DNA from: Flavobacteriaceae bacterium
Lineage (GTDB): Bacteria; Bacteroidota; Bacteroidia; Flavobacteriales; Flavobacteriaceae
Direction of reading: 5' to 3'
NCBI GenBank assembly: GCA_041392165.1
Contig: JAWKMN010000002.1
Coordinates: forward strand, 421,897-485,896
Length of the DNA stretch: 64,000 nt
Shown: positions 39,934 to 50,799 of the stretch, in pieces
Position numbering within the stretch: position 1 is the stretch's first letter
How the letters are laid out: each line of letters begins with the position of its first letter
Made by a program: the position numbers and the translations under genes
The notes under the pieces: generated by a model
Databases searched by the model: none
What the model was told of the DNA's origin: nothing
The model's input: the letters and a program-made list of their open reading frames with translations, nothing else

Positions 39934-42099
39934 GTGAGAAAACTTTCCTTGTTTTTGCTACTCCTATTTTTTTTATTTCGTTTTTCACTTCTATCGGCCC
40001 AAAATAAATTGCTGTCCCTAGAAGATATTTATACGGGTACTTTTCATGTTGAGGGCTTGGATAAATTACAGTCTTTGAAGAATGGAAAACAATATACCAT
40101 TTTGGATATAGATAGGGCAACCGCCACTTCGTCTATCCAAAAATATGATTACAAAACCCAAAATAAGCTGGAAACCATAGTTTCTTCTTCCGGTGAGGTG
40201 CCCTTTTTTACCTCCTATAGGTTTAGTGGGGACGAAACCAAGTTGTTGCTGGCCACGGCAATTGAACCTATCTTTAGAAGGTCTACTTTAGGAATTTTCT
40301 ATGTATACGACCTAAGATCAAAAAAAATCTCCGCTGTTTCAAGTTTCAAAATTCAGGAGCCTTCCCTTTCCCCGGACGGCAGCAAGGTAGCCTATGTACG
40401 GGACAACAATATTTTTGTTTGGGATGTAGCAACCGATCATACCAAACAACTTACTTGGGACGGCGAAAAAAATAAGATTATCAATGGGATAACGGATTGG
40501 GTCTATGAGGAAGAATTTGCATTTGTAAGGGCATTTGAGTGGAATGCGGACGGTTCTAAATTGGCCTTTATACGATTCGATGAAACCAAGGTCCGGGAAT
40601 TTTCCATGGACGTTTACGGCAACGATCTTTACCAGACCCAAACCAAATTTAAATATCCAAAGGCAGGTGAGGTAAATTCACAGGTTTCACTCCATATAGC
40701 GGATATAGACACTTATCAGGTTTCCCGGATTGATTTGGACGATCCGTACTACATCCCAAGAATTAAATGGACGAAAAATCCCAATTTCCTAAGTGTTCAG
40801 ACCTTGAACCGCCACCAGAACAAGCTAAGGTTATACGCCGTAAACGCTAAAGATAACAGCGGAGGTATTTTATTGGAAGAAACCGATGATGCCTATGTTG
40901 ATATTACGGACGATCTTACTTTTTTAGACGATGGTAGCTTTATCTGGACCAGTGAGAAGGATGGCTTTAAACATATTTATCTGTATGATGCAGTTGGGAA
41001 ATTAAGGCATCAGGTAACCAAAGGCCCTTGGGAGGTAACCAAGTATTATGGTTATGATCAAAATAAGGATTTGATCTATTTTCAATCTACGGAAAATGGA
41101 TCTATAAATCGGGATGTCTACAGTGTAAGCAGCAATGGAGAAAATAAAAGGCGCCTGACCACCAAAGTTGGACAGAATACCGCCGATTTTAGTGCCGATT
41201 TTACTTATTTTATCAATACCTTTTCCAGTGCAACCAATCCCCCGGAATATACGTTGCATAGTGCTGGGACAGGAAAGAAAATAAAAGATATTTTATATAA
41301 TAGGGGGCTATTGTCCAAATTGGACGATTATAGGATACATCCCAAGGAATTTTCCACAATTACCATTAATGGGAATGATTTGAATATGTGGATGATAAAG
41401 CCGAAGGATTTTGATAGGGCCAAAAAATACCCCTTATTTATGACCCAATACAGTGGCCCGGGGTCGCAACAAGTTTCCAATTCCTGGATGACCACCAATG
41501 ATTATTGGTTTCAAATGTTGGCCAATGAGGGGTATATTGTGGTGTGTGTAGATGGAAGGGGTACCGGATACAAAGGTGCCAAATTTAAAAAATTGACTTA
41601 TATGGAACTGGGGAAATATGAGGTGGAAGATCAAATTGCTGCCGCTAAAAAATTAAGTCAATTGCCCTATATAGACGAATCTAGGACAGGAATCTGGGGC
41701 TGGAGTTATGGAGGGTTTATGGCTACCAATTGCCTGCTAAAAGGGAACGATACCTTTGAAATGGCCATCGCCGTGGCACCGGTAACTTCTTGGCGGTTCT
41801 ATGATACCATTTATACCGAGCGTTTTATGCGTACCCCTCAGGAAAATCCTGGCGGTTATGATAAAAATTCCCCCCTTAATTATCCTCAACTTTTAAAGGG
41901 AAAGTACTTATTGGTCCATGGATCGGGAGATGACAATGTACATGTGCAAAATACCATGAGGATGGTAGATGCCCTGGTCGAGGCTAATAAACAGTTTGAT
42001 TGGGCCATTTATCCGGATAAGAACCATGGCATCTATGGCGGAAATACCCGCCTCCAGCTGTACACAAAAATGACCAATTTTATAAAAGAAAACCTATAA
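39934..42099 (+). CDS. S9B-family dipeptidyl peptidase IV
   Basis: GTG start plus a signal peptide. An N-terminal beta-propeller is followed by a C-terminal alpha/beta hydrolase with GWSYGG (nucleophile Ser), HGSGDDNVH and DKNHGI. Confidence 0.85.
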   Translation: MRKLSLFLLLLFFLFRFSLLSAQNKLLSLEDIYTGTFHVEGLDKLQSLKNGKQYTILDIDRATATSSIQKYDYKTQNKLETIVSSSGEVPFFTSYRFSGDETKLLLATAIEPIFRRSTLGIFYVYDLRSKKISAVSSFKIQEPSLSPDGSKVAYVRDNNIFVWDVATDHTKQLTWDGEKNKIINGITDWVYEEEFAFVRAFEWNADGSKLAFIRFDETKVREFSMDVYGNDLYQTQTKFKYPKAGEVNSQVSLHIADIDTYQVSRIDLDDPYYIPRIKWTKNPNFLSVQTLNRHQNKLRLYAVNAKDNSGGILLEETDDAYVDITDDLTFLDDGSFIWTSEKDGFKHIYLYDAVGKLRHQVTKGPWEVTKYYGYDQNKDLIYFQSTENGSINRDVYSVSSNGENKRRLTTKVGQNTADFSADFTYFINTFSSATNPPEYTLHSAGTGKKIKDILYNRGLLSKLDDYRIHPKEFSTITINGNDLNMWMIKPKDFDRAKKYPLFMTQYSGPGSQQVSNSWMTTNDYWFQMLANEGYIVVCVDGRGTGYKGAKFKKLTYMELGKYEVEDQIAAAKKLSQLPYIDESRTGIWGWSYGGFMATNCLLKGNDTFEMAIAVAPVTSWRFYDTIYTERFMRTPQENPGGYDKNSPLNYPQLLKGKYLLVHGSGDDNVHVQNTMRMVDALVEANKQFDWAIYPDKNHGIYGGNTRLQLYTKMTNFIKENL

Positions 42100-42108
42100 T
42101 CCATAGAA

Positions 42109-43454
42109 ATGCAGACAACTTTAAAACAAGCACATCAAAAGGAATTATTTGGCCATCCGGTAGGGCTTTACATTTTATTCTTTACGGAAATGTGGGAACG
42201 ATTTTCCTATTATGGTATGAGGGCTATTTTGGTATTGTATTTAATTACCGAAACTACCGATAGGAATCCGGGATTGGGCTGGACCAATATGGAGGCGCTA
42301 GCACTTTATGGTTGGTATACCATGTTGGTTTATGTGGCCTCTATTCCCGGGGGATTATAGCGGACAGATTACTTGGGCAAAAGAAGGCGGTAACCTGGGG
42401 TGCGGTGTTATTGGTCATAGGCCATAGTATATTGGCCATTGAACAGATGTGGGCGTTTTATACCGGACTTGGTTTTATTATAGCCGGTGTGGGAATGTTA
42501 AAACCAAATATTTCCACAATGGTGGGGGGACTATATCCAAAAGGGGATATTAGAAGGGATAAAGGGTTTACCATATTTTATATAGGTATTAATATAGGCG
42601 CCTTCCTTTCCAGCTTAATAGTAGGTTATGTGGGGGAGGTGTACGGTTGGCATTATGGATTTGGATTGGCCGGGATCTGTATGCTTTTGGGGCTTTTGCA
42701 GTTTGTTCTTGGCCAGAAATATCTGGTGGGTGTGGGCGATTATCTTGGGAAGTCTACGAAGGTGGAAGATCGGGAAGCCTTAAAAAGGCCCCTTAATAAA
42801 ACTGAAAAGGACAGGGTGATCGTTCTGGTACTTTCTTTTCTTATGGTAATTGTTTTCTTCGGCGCCTTTGAACAAGCAGGTGGTTTAATGAATATCTACG
42901 CTTCGGAAAAGACCAATAGGATGTTGATGGGTTGGGAAGTTCCCGCCTCTTGGTTCCAATCCCTTAATGCCTTTTTTATTATTGTATTGGGAGCCTTGGT
43001 GGCCAATTTTTGGGCCAGTCGTAAATTGAAGGGAAAAGAAGCTTCTTCCCTTTTTAAAATGATAGTGGGACTGATAATCATGGGTACTGGATTTTTGTTT
43101 ATGACCGCCGCAACCGCACAGTTTCAAAGTTCAGGGGCCTCTGCCATGTATTGGTTGGTACTGGCCTATATGTTCCATACGGTGGGCGAGTTGAGTCTGT
43201 CTCCCGTATCCCTGTCATTTGTTACCAAATTGGCTCCGGCCAAATACGCTTCCTTAATGATGGGGCTGTATTTTGCAACTACGGGTCTTGGAAATAAACT
43301 GGCAGGATTATTGGGGGAATCCGCTTCACATTTAGGAGAGTATACCGTATTTACCGGAATAGCCATTTTTTGCATTCTTTTTGGGTTGCTCATTGGGGTC
43401 TTTTTGAAAAAATTAAAGGCATTGACACATGGTGCCGAAGATAATGAGAAATAA
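42109..43454 (+). pseudogene. POT/PTR2-family peptide:H+ symporter with a single -1 frameshift
   Basis: ORF 42109..42360 carries [15 protein letters not shown] and ends ...YVASIPGG. The conserved continuation [13 protein letters not shown] starts in the -1 frame at 42354. This indicates a one-base loss inside gggggatta (42349..42357). Confidence 0.8.
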
Positions 43455-43658
43455 TTGCCCTCTAATGTCCTAGATTTGCATGTTGTCTAGTGATCCATTG
43501 GATTTTATTGATATTTTTCAAGCTTGAATGCTGTTTGGTAAGGTGGTGCATTATTGATGATCTTTTAATTCCATTAAGTGGATAAGGCTTTATTTGTTTG
43601 GATATCTCATGGGTTTTCCCGTGGTAGCTGATTTATTTAATTTGTAATTCTGTTGTAT

Positions 43659-45443
43659 ATGAATACCGATATTGAAAATCTATTTAAGGACAAGGTGCTT
43701 GGGCATCCAGCAGGGCTATTTGTATTGTTTTTTACCGAAATGTGGGAGCGTTTCTCCTTTTACGGGATGCGTATTTTATTGGTGTTGTTCTTGACAGCAC
43801 CCTTAATAAGCGATAATCCTGGATGGGAATGGCCCAGGGAGCACGCTTTGGCCTTGATAGGAACCTACGCTTCCCTATTGTACCTGACTCCGATAATCGG
43901 GGGCTGGATCGCTGACAAGATAACCGGTTATAGGGTGGCAGTGGTTATAGGATGTTTTATAATGACCATGGGGCACGCTGCCATGGCATTCGAGACTACG
44001 GTTTCTTTTTACCTTGGCCTTGCCTTTTTGGTTATTGGAACGGGTTTTTTTAAGCCCAATATAACCTCTGTTATATCCGAAATGTACCGAGGCAAGGAAT
44101 CCAAAAAAGACGGGGCCTATACCATATTTTATATGGGTGTTAATGCCGGGGCCTTTTTTGGAATGATGCTTTGCGGGTATTTGGCAGAAAATTACGGATG
44201 GCATTGGGGCTTTGGCTTGGCTGGGATTTTTATGTTTCTTGGGATGCTCCAATTTTGGTTGGCAAAGAATCTTTTTGGGGATATAGGGGGTGCACCCAAG
44301 AAAATAGGGGAAGCGGTACCATCTTCCAACGAAACGGAAATTAATTCCGGAACCAACGGAGATCAAGAAGTGGATATCCAATTAAACCCTTTTGGCCTTT
44401 TCGATAAAATTTTAATTGTACTGTCCTCTATTGGAGGCTTGCTCTATCTTTTTAATGACCCTTTCGAGAAAATTCAAGGCAACAGTTTGGCTCCCTTTGC
44501 GGTAGGAAATTTAAGCGGTACCAATGTGGTCATTTTAACTTCCTTGGCGTTGTTTTTGGTATTGTTGGTTACCAGGATTGCGAGATATATGCCCATAGTA
44601 AGGGACCGAATAATAGCCGTATCCGTTTTTGGATTTTTCACGGTATTCTTTTTTGCTTTTTTTGAACAGTCATTAGGCTCAATGACCATCTTTGCAAGGG
44701 ATTATACCAATAGGGAATTGGTAGGCCAATCGGCCATGGTCTTTAAGGTCATAGATGCTCTGTTGACTACGGTTCCCTTGATCATTATTAGTTGGGTCCT
44801 GATTTTATTGGCCAAAAAAACCTTTAACCGTATAGGCTTGTCCAATGTAGTGTTGGCCATTGCCTTTATAGGACTATGGGTCTTGGTTATTTTTAGATTG
44901 ATGGATAAATTTTCCCAGGAAGGAAATCAAGTGGATGCCTCATGGTTTGCCATTCTAAATTCGTTTTTTATCATTACCCTGGCTCCGCTATTTTCCAGAT
45001 GGTGGGAAAGTAAGTATAACCCCAGTGCCGCTATGAAATATGGTTTGGGCCTTATTTTGTTGGGACTGGGCTTTGCCGTTTTGTCCTATGGTGCATCGGG
45101 GATCCCTTCAGGGGCCAAGACCGCTTCTGTAAGTATGGTCTTTTTGATTTTGGCCTATTTGTTGCACACTATGGGAGAGTTGTGCGTTTCTCCGGTGGGA
45201 CTTTCCTATTTAAGTAAATTGGTGCCGGCGCGTATGATCGGTTTTATGTTCGGGGTATGGTATTTGGCCATTGCCATTGGTCAAAAAGCAGCTGGAACCA
45301 TGGGCGGGATGATCGACAGGATTTCCGAACAATACTCCATGGGTACCTTCTTTTTAATCTTCACACTGGTTCCGGTAGGTGTTGGACTTATTTCTATCGT
45401 TTTAAATCCACTCTTAAAAAAATTAATGCACGGCATAAGGTAG
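43659..45443 (+). CDS. POT/PTR2-family peptide:H+ symporter (intact paralogue with a long central insertion)
   Basis: Contains [22 protein letters not shown] and FYMGVNAGAF. 594 aa from the ATG at 43659. Confidence 0.85.
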   Translation: MNTDIENLFKDKVLGHPAGLFVLFFTEMWERFSFYGMRILLVLFLTAPLISDNPGWEWPREHALALIGTYASLLYLTPIIGGWIADKITGYRVAVVIGCFIMTMGHAAMAFETTVSFYLGLAFLVIGTGFFKPNITSVISEMYRGKESKKDGAYTIFYMGVNAGAFFGMMLCGYLAENYGWHWGFGLAGIFMFLGMLQFWLAKNLFGDIGGAPKKIGEAVPSSNETEINSGTNGDQEVDIQLNPFGLFDKILIVLSSIGGLLYLFNDPFEKIQGNSLAPFAVGNLSGTNVVILTSLALFLVLLVTRIARYMPIVRDRIIAVSVFGFFTVFFFAFFEQSLGSMTIFARDYTNRELVGQSAMVFKVIDALLTTVPLIIISWVLILLAKKTFNRIGLSNVVLAIAFIGLWVLVIFRLMDKFSQEGNQVDASWFAILNSFFIITLAPLFSRWWESKYNPSAAMKYGLGLILLGLGFAVLSYGASGIPSGAKTASVSMVFLILAYLLHTMGELCVSPVGLSYLSKLVPARMIGFMFGVWYLAIAIGQKAAGTMGGMIDRISEQYSMGTFFLIFTLVPVGVGLISIVLNPLLKKLMHGIR

Positions 45444-47468
45444 CTACTGCCATGAACAAATAAAGGCACCATTTTCTCCGGTATAGTGAAAGGGCAGCTT
45501 TTTTTGATAACATGTAGCTTTCCATCTATCTATATAACTTTTGTAATTGCTACCATCTGCAATGACAATTTTGGGTGCAATGGAATCCAAAAGTCGCTCT
45601 AGGTTAATTTTGGGGGATTGGGTGAGTACCAAGGTATGTACATCATAGTTTGCGGGAAGGGATGTATGGGCACTATCCAATATGACCATTCTTTTTCCCC
45701 TAATGAGATAGCTGTTTTTTATGGGTTGATATTCCAATTCTTTGGTGTTTTGGGCAATGGCATAATCGTTGGCCATTCTTGTTATGGCCATGGGGTTGGA
45801 GGTGAAAACGGTTAGTTTTTGTCCTGTTCGATGGATCAGGCCACTATTGCGGACAATATGTCCTATCACCAAGGATTCCTTGCTCCGGGAAAGATGCCCA
45901 AGAACCAGAACGTAGCCCTGAAAGCAGAGAATACAGAACAGGAATACGACCACCCTCCTGTAAGATGCCCTAATAAGGACCTTTACCATGGCTATGATGA
46001 TGCCATAACTAAGAATTAATTGAACGGCATCGAAGGAAATATTTCTAAAAAGAAAGCCTTCCTGCTGGGCCACCAATCCAATAATTGAATTCATCCAACG
46101 TATTACGGTATCGTAAATGGCAGCCAGAATTGGAGGTAAACCCTTGGCTAGGGACAGCATTATTATCAGTATTCCGAATCATAAAATAAAGGTTAAAAAA
46201 GTAAGTATAAGGAGGCTTGAAACTAAAAACAATCCTGGAAATTGATGAAAATAATATAGACTTATAGGGAGTACTCCCAGTTGGGCGGCTATACTAACGG
46301 AAACCAACTCCCACCCCTTTTTGATGATCCAATTGGGGGGATTCCAGAGTTGTTGTAATAAAGGATATATCCATACTATGGCAAAAACAGCGGCATAACT
46401 TAATTGGAACCCTACTTGAAATAATAAGAGGGGATCCAACAGCAATAAGATAAAGAACAGTGACAATGCCAAGATATTAAAATGATTGGTAGGCCTGTTC
46501 AAGTAAAGGGCATAGGCCACAAAGGTAAACATGCTTGTTGCCCTTAAGATGGAGGCAGAAAGTCCGGCCAAGAGGGCAAATGCCCATAAAAGCAGGACAA
46601 TAATACCCCATTTTATGGATCTTCCTTTGGGAAGGAGTTCCAAGGGCTTCAATAGAAAATGGAGCAATCCCAAAAGAATTCCGATGTGTAGACCTGACAA
46701 TGCCAGGATGTGATAGGCTCCTGCTTCTTTGTAATCGGTATCGATTTCCGTAGTAATTTCATTACGCTGTCCGAGGAGAAGGGCTTGGATAACACCTAGC
46801 TCTTCAGTGCCAAAATCCTCTTTTTTTAAACTTTTAATGATGTGGGCCCTTATTTTGTGTGCTGTTCCAAAGATGGTGCCGGAGATTTTGGGTTTAAGGT
46901 AATAGTCATTTGCCCCAAGCTTTACCTGATGTGCTATTCCAATATTGGAAAGGTATTTTTTATAATTGAACTGATGTGGGTTTAAAGGAGGCGCAATAGG
47001 GTAAGGGCTGGTAAAGGTCAATATTTCGTCGTCTACCGTTAGGGGCCCTATGGAAGAATCCACAGCTATATTCAAAAGTATTTTCCCGGAAACCTTTAAG
47101 CTGTCCATACTCTTAACTTGGGCCACATACCTATCCGAAAAGCTATTGGATTTTAATACATCACGAATTTTTAAGGTGTAGACCCTATTTTTATCAAGAG
47201 GTTGTTGGCTGTAATGCCTGCCAAGTTTATCGGATCCCCTAAGGGTTAAGCTCAATATGCCAATGGCTATGGCCAGGAGTCCGGTGAAAAGGGCGAAGAG
47301 GAATGTGGGCAGTTTGCGGTAAAGGACAAATACAACTCCCAATAGGATCAAAAAAGCCACGGTTAGCCAAACAGATAGATGCAGTGACGGACGTAGGTAG
47401 TATCCTATTACAATTCCACAGATGAGGCACAAGCTTAGCTTTACCGTGGTAAATTGCAGCAAAGGCAT
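45444..47468 (-). pseudogene. comEC: ComEC/Rec2-family DNA internalisation channel interrupted by one in-frame TGA
   Basis: ORFs 46179..47501 and 45444..46160 are in the same frame, separated only by TGA (46179..46181): ...LTFLTFIL-TGA-FGILIIMLSLAKG. The combined length of ~675 codons is typical for Bacteroidota ComEC. The start was placed at Met12 (47468) so it does not overlap the upstream gene. Confidence 0.75.
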
Positions 47469-47469
47469 C

Positions 47470-48030
47470 CTACAGGATCCGGGCAGCCTTAATAAAGGCA
47501 TAGTTCCAATACCCCTCCTGCAAGGAGGAAACTATAACACCCCGGGAAGAGGTGGAATGAATGAATTTTATATCATCCCCGTCTACCTGAACCACCAGGC
47601 CTACATGGTTAATGTTGTTTTTTCTTCTGGAGGTGCCAAAAAAAAGTAGGTCGCCCTTACCGACCTCCTTTAGATTTATTTTTTGGGCTTCCTCGGCCAT
47701 TTGGTACGAGGCCCTCGGTAATTCAATATTGTGCTCCAAGAAGGCCACATAGAGCAATCCGGAGCAATCCATACCTTTGTTGGTGGTACCTCCAAATTTA
47801 TAGCGGGTGCCAGAAAATGTTAGGGCGGTATTTATAATTTGCTCGGTTAATTTGGAAGTAGGTTTGTTTATGGATTCTCCGCCCAAAGGGGTCTCCCATT
47901 TTATTTCGGCCGGTTTTTCCGAAGCTTCCACCGTTATTTTTCTTTCTTGGCGAGAGGTGTTTTTTTTCTTGGCCGCACCACAGCCAATCAAGAAAACTAC
48001 TAGGAATAAAGAAAGAATTTTTTGGATCAT
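47470..48030 (-). CDS. NlpC/P60 (C40) cell-wall peptidase lipoprotein
   Basis: Lipobox LVVFLIGC. Catalytic region GMDCSGLLYVAF and HVGLVV. Confidence 0.8.
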   Translation of the reverse strand: MIQKILSLFLVVFLIGCGAAKKKNTSRQERKITVEASEKPAEIKWETPLGGESINKPTSKLTEQIINTALTFSGTRYKFGGTTNKGMDCSGLLYVAFLEHNIELPRASYQMAEEAQKINLKEVGKGDLLFFGTSRRKNNINHVGLVVQVDGDDIKFIHSTSSRGVIVSSLQEGYWNYAFIKAARIL

Positions 48031-48217
48031 CCAAGTAAAAGTTAGTACTCTTGGATATCAAATTTAAATAATTAAATTAAAATCCGTCATTTTTTTCGGA
48101 AAACCCTTATAAGTCCTTCAGGTCAAATCGTCAATAATTGCTTTTTTGCAAAGGCTTATCAGTTTCGTTGCAGTTATAAATAAAGTTGACAGTCGTCATG
48201 GGAACTATAGAAAATTT

Positions 48218-49342
48218 TCAGGGATCCACTTGGGCATTTTGAATAATTAAGGATGCCGCATTTTCACTGGCACCCTTGCCTCCAAGTTTTTTTTCCAGTT
48301 CGTAATAGGCTTCAAACTGCTTTTTTCTTTCGGGTCCGTGCAGAATTTTATCAAGTTCCTTTCTTAGGTTTTTGGTATTTAAATCACCTTGGATAAGTTC
48401 TTTTACCACTTCTTTGTCCATTATAAGATTCACCAGGGAAATAAATTTAAGGGTAATGATCCTTTTTGCAATTTGATAGGAGATCCAATTGGCACGATAG
48501 CAGACCACTTGGGGAACCTTAAAAAGGGCCGTTTCCAAGGTGGCGGTCCCACTGGTGACCAGAGCGGCATAGGATAGGCTTAACAAATTATAGGTTTGGT
48601 TGGAAATAAGGCGTACTTGTGACGATTTTAGAAAGGGCCTGTAAAATTCCAGATCCAAACTGGGGGCCCCGGCAATTACAAATTGAAATTTTGGGAACGA
48701 TGTGGTAATGGACAACATAAGGCTAAGCATTTTCTGAACCTCTTGTTTCCTGCTCCCCGGTAACAATGCAATTATGGGTTTCTGCAAATCCAAATTATGC
48801 TCCTCCCTAAAAACTTTATCGCTGGTCCTGGGAATGTCCCCAATGGCATCTATTAAGGGGTGGCCTACAAAATTTACGGGATAGAGGTGTTTTTTTTCAT
48901 AAAATTCCTTTTCAAAAGGAAGGATTACGTGCATGGCATCTATATCTCTTTTTATCTTATGTATCCGCCCTTCCCGAGAGGCCCATATTTGGGGGGAAAT
49001 ATAATAATTGGTCTTAAATTGGTTCTTTTTGGCCCAAGAGGCTATTCTAAGATTAAAACCGGAATAGTCTATAAAGACTATTATATCCGGATTAAACTCG
49101 ATGATATCTTCCTTGCAAAAGGCGATATTTTTAAAAATTTGATTGATATTGGTGATCACTTCCAAAAAGCCCATAAAGGCCATTTCCTTGTAATGCTTTA
49201 CCAGCTTGCCCCCTGCTACTTTCATTAAATCGCCTCCCCAACAACGTATATCGGCATCCGAATCCTTTTTTTTAAGGGCTTTTATGAGGTTGGACCCATG
49301 AAGGTCGCCCGATGCCTCCCCGGCGATGATATAGTATTTCAT
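48218..49342 (-). CDS. lpxB: Lipid-A-disaccharide synthase
   Basis: MKYYIIAGEASGDLHGSNLI N-terminus and SGTATLE motif; 374 aa. Confidence 0.9.
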   Translation of the reverse strand: MKYYIIAGEASGDLHGSNLIKALKKKDSDADIRCWGGDLMKVAGGKLVKHYKEMAFMGFLEVITNINQIFKNIAFCKEDIIEFNPDIIVFIDYSGFNLRIASWAKKNQFKTNYYISPQIWASREGRIHKIKRDIDAMHVILPFEKEFYEKKHLYPVNFVGHPLIDAIGDIPRTSDKVFREEHNLDLQKPIIALLPGSRKQEVQKMLSLMLSITTSFPKFQFVIAGAPSLDLEFYRPFLKSSQVRLISNQTYNLLSLSYAALVTSGTATLETALFKVPQVVCYRANWISYQIAKRIITLKFISLVNLIMDKEVVKELIQGDLNTKNLRKELDKILHGPERKKQFEAYYELEKKLGGKGASENAASLIIQNAQVDP

Positions 49343-49391
49343 CCAATTAGTTTTCTGTGGTCATTAAATAGTGTTGGTTGTCCCGGATCTG

Positions 49392-49673
49392 TTAAAACAC
49401 TTTATAGTACAAGATTAGCATAGCGGTCAATAGGGTGGCGATCATAACGCCCCGGGCCCTATAATCCCTACGGATTTTTAAAAATCCAAAAAAGGCAACC
49501 AAGTTTAGAATGGCCCCTAGTGCCAATAAACTGCCTACATGTCCCTCTTGAACGGCGGCCTGGTACGTTTCCAATATACCAAAGTCCGAGAAGACCAATA
49601 TATACAGTAAGGTGCCGATGGTATTGGCAATGATGCCAACAATAAAACCGATCAATATTTCTTTTTTAATCAT
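49392..49673 (-). CDS. Small integral membrane protein (93 aa)
   Basis: Three hydrophobic helices. It overlaps the surE stop by 8 nt, which suggests co-translation. Confidence 0.5.
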   Translation of the reverse strand: MIKKEILIGFIVGIIANTIGTLLYILVFSDFGILETYQAAVQEGHVGSLLALGAILNLVAFFGFLKIRRDYRARGVMIATLLTAMLILYYKVF

Positions 49674-50445
49674 TTAGTTTCCAATTGTTAATATGTTGAA
49701 TGGCATGATGGGCCGTTAGGTCAAATTGGGTGGGAACTACCGAAACATAGTTCTGGGATAGGGCGTATTCATCCGTATCCTCTCCCTTGTCCAAAAGTTC
49801 AAATTCTCCCGTAAGCCAGTAATATTCCTTACCATTGGGATTGGTCCGTTTGTCAAATTTTTCCTTCCAGTTGGCACGGGCCTGTCTGCAAATTTTTATG
49901 CCTTTGGGCGGTTTATTATCGGTTTTAGGAATATTTACATTGAGCACGACCCCATTGGGAATACCATTTACGAGGGCCTCCCGGACTATTTTTTGGATGG
50001 CTTCCTTGCAAGACTCAAAGTTGGCGTTCCAGGAATAATCACAAAGGGAAAAACCTATGGCGGGTATTCCTTCAATGCCGGCTTCGATTGCGGCACTCAT
50101 AGTGCCGGAGTAAATAACGTTGATGGAGGAATTGGAGCCATGGTTTATCCCGCTAACGCAAAGGTCGGGTTTTCTTCCCAAGAGTTCCCGTAAGCCAAGC
50201 TTAACACAATCGGCCGGTGTTCCACTACAACTGTATTCTTCAATTGCACTGTTTTCCATATCTACCTTAATTTTCTTAATATAAAGGGTGTTGTCTATGG
50301 TTATGGCATGCCCCATTCCCGATTGAGGGCTGTCCGGGGCCACTACAACAACCTCCCCCAATTCCATCATATATTGGATCAAGGCCCTTAGGCCGGGAGC
50401 TGTAATTCCGTCGTCGTTCGTGACAAGGATCAAAGGTTTCGCCAT
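49666..50445 (-). CDS. surE: 5'/3'-nucleotidase SurE
   Basis: MAKPLILVTNDDGITAPG, GINHGSN and YSGTMSAA motifs. The start was moved to Met8 (50445). Confidence 0.9.
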   Translation of the reverse strand: MAKPLILVTNDDGITAPGLRALIQYMMELGEVVVVAPDSPQSGMGHAITIDNTLYIKKIKVDMENSAIEEYSCSGTPADCVKLGLRELLGRKPDLCVSGINHGSNSSINVIYSGTMSAAIEAGIEGIPAIGFSLCDYSWNANFESCKEAIQKIVREALVNGIPNGVVLNVNIPKTDNKPPKGIKICRQARANWKEKFDKRTNPNGKEYYWLTGEFELLDKGEDTDEYALSQNYVSVVPTQFDLTAHHAIQHINNWKLND

Positions 50446-50799
50446 AGTATATAATTTATGTTGCAAAAATACGTTTTTAATCTATTACCGCTTTTTGAAT
50501 TGGGAAGGGGATATACCGAAATTTTGCATAGAATTTATGGAAATGACAGTTTCTTTCCATCATGGGTCTATGTCTTTGACATTTGGGATATTAACAAAAG
50601 ATTAATGTCAAATAAGCATAATATGGCACGATTTTTTCGTTATCTTATAGGTAATTGACATATTGGATCACTTTTAAAAGGCAAAACTTGGATTGCAGGG
50701 GTGGTTTGATTAATTTTAGATGTTTGTAAGATTAAAAAGGAGGGGTGGTCTTTTTTTTGAAAAATTGCTCCAAATGTGGAAAAACAATAAAGAAAATAG

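Noticed and set aside
46179-46181. In-frame TGA in ComEC as selenocysteine or reassigned Trp codon
   Set aside because: No SECIS-like hairpin was evident just downstream, and the position is in a hydrophobic membrane segment. TGA is used as an ordinary stop elsewhere in the window, for example the ATGA overlap at 38401..38404. A nonsense mutation is the economical reading.
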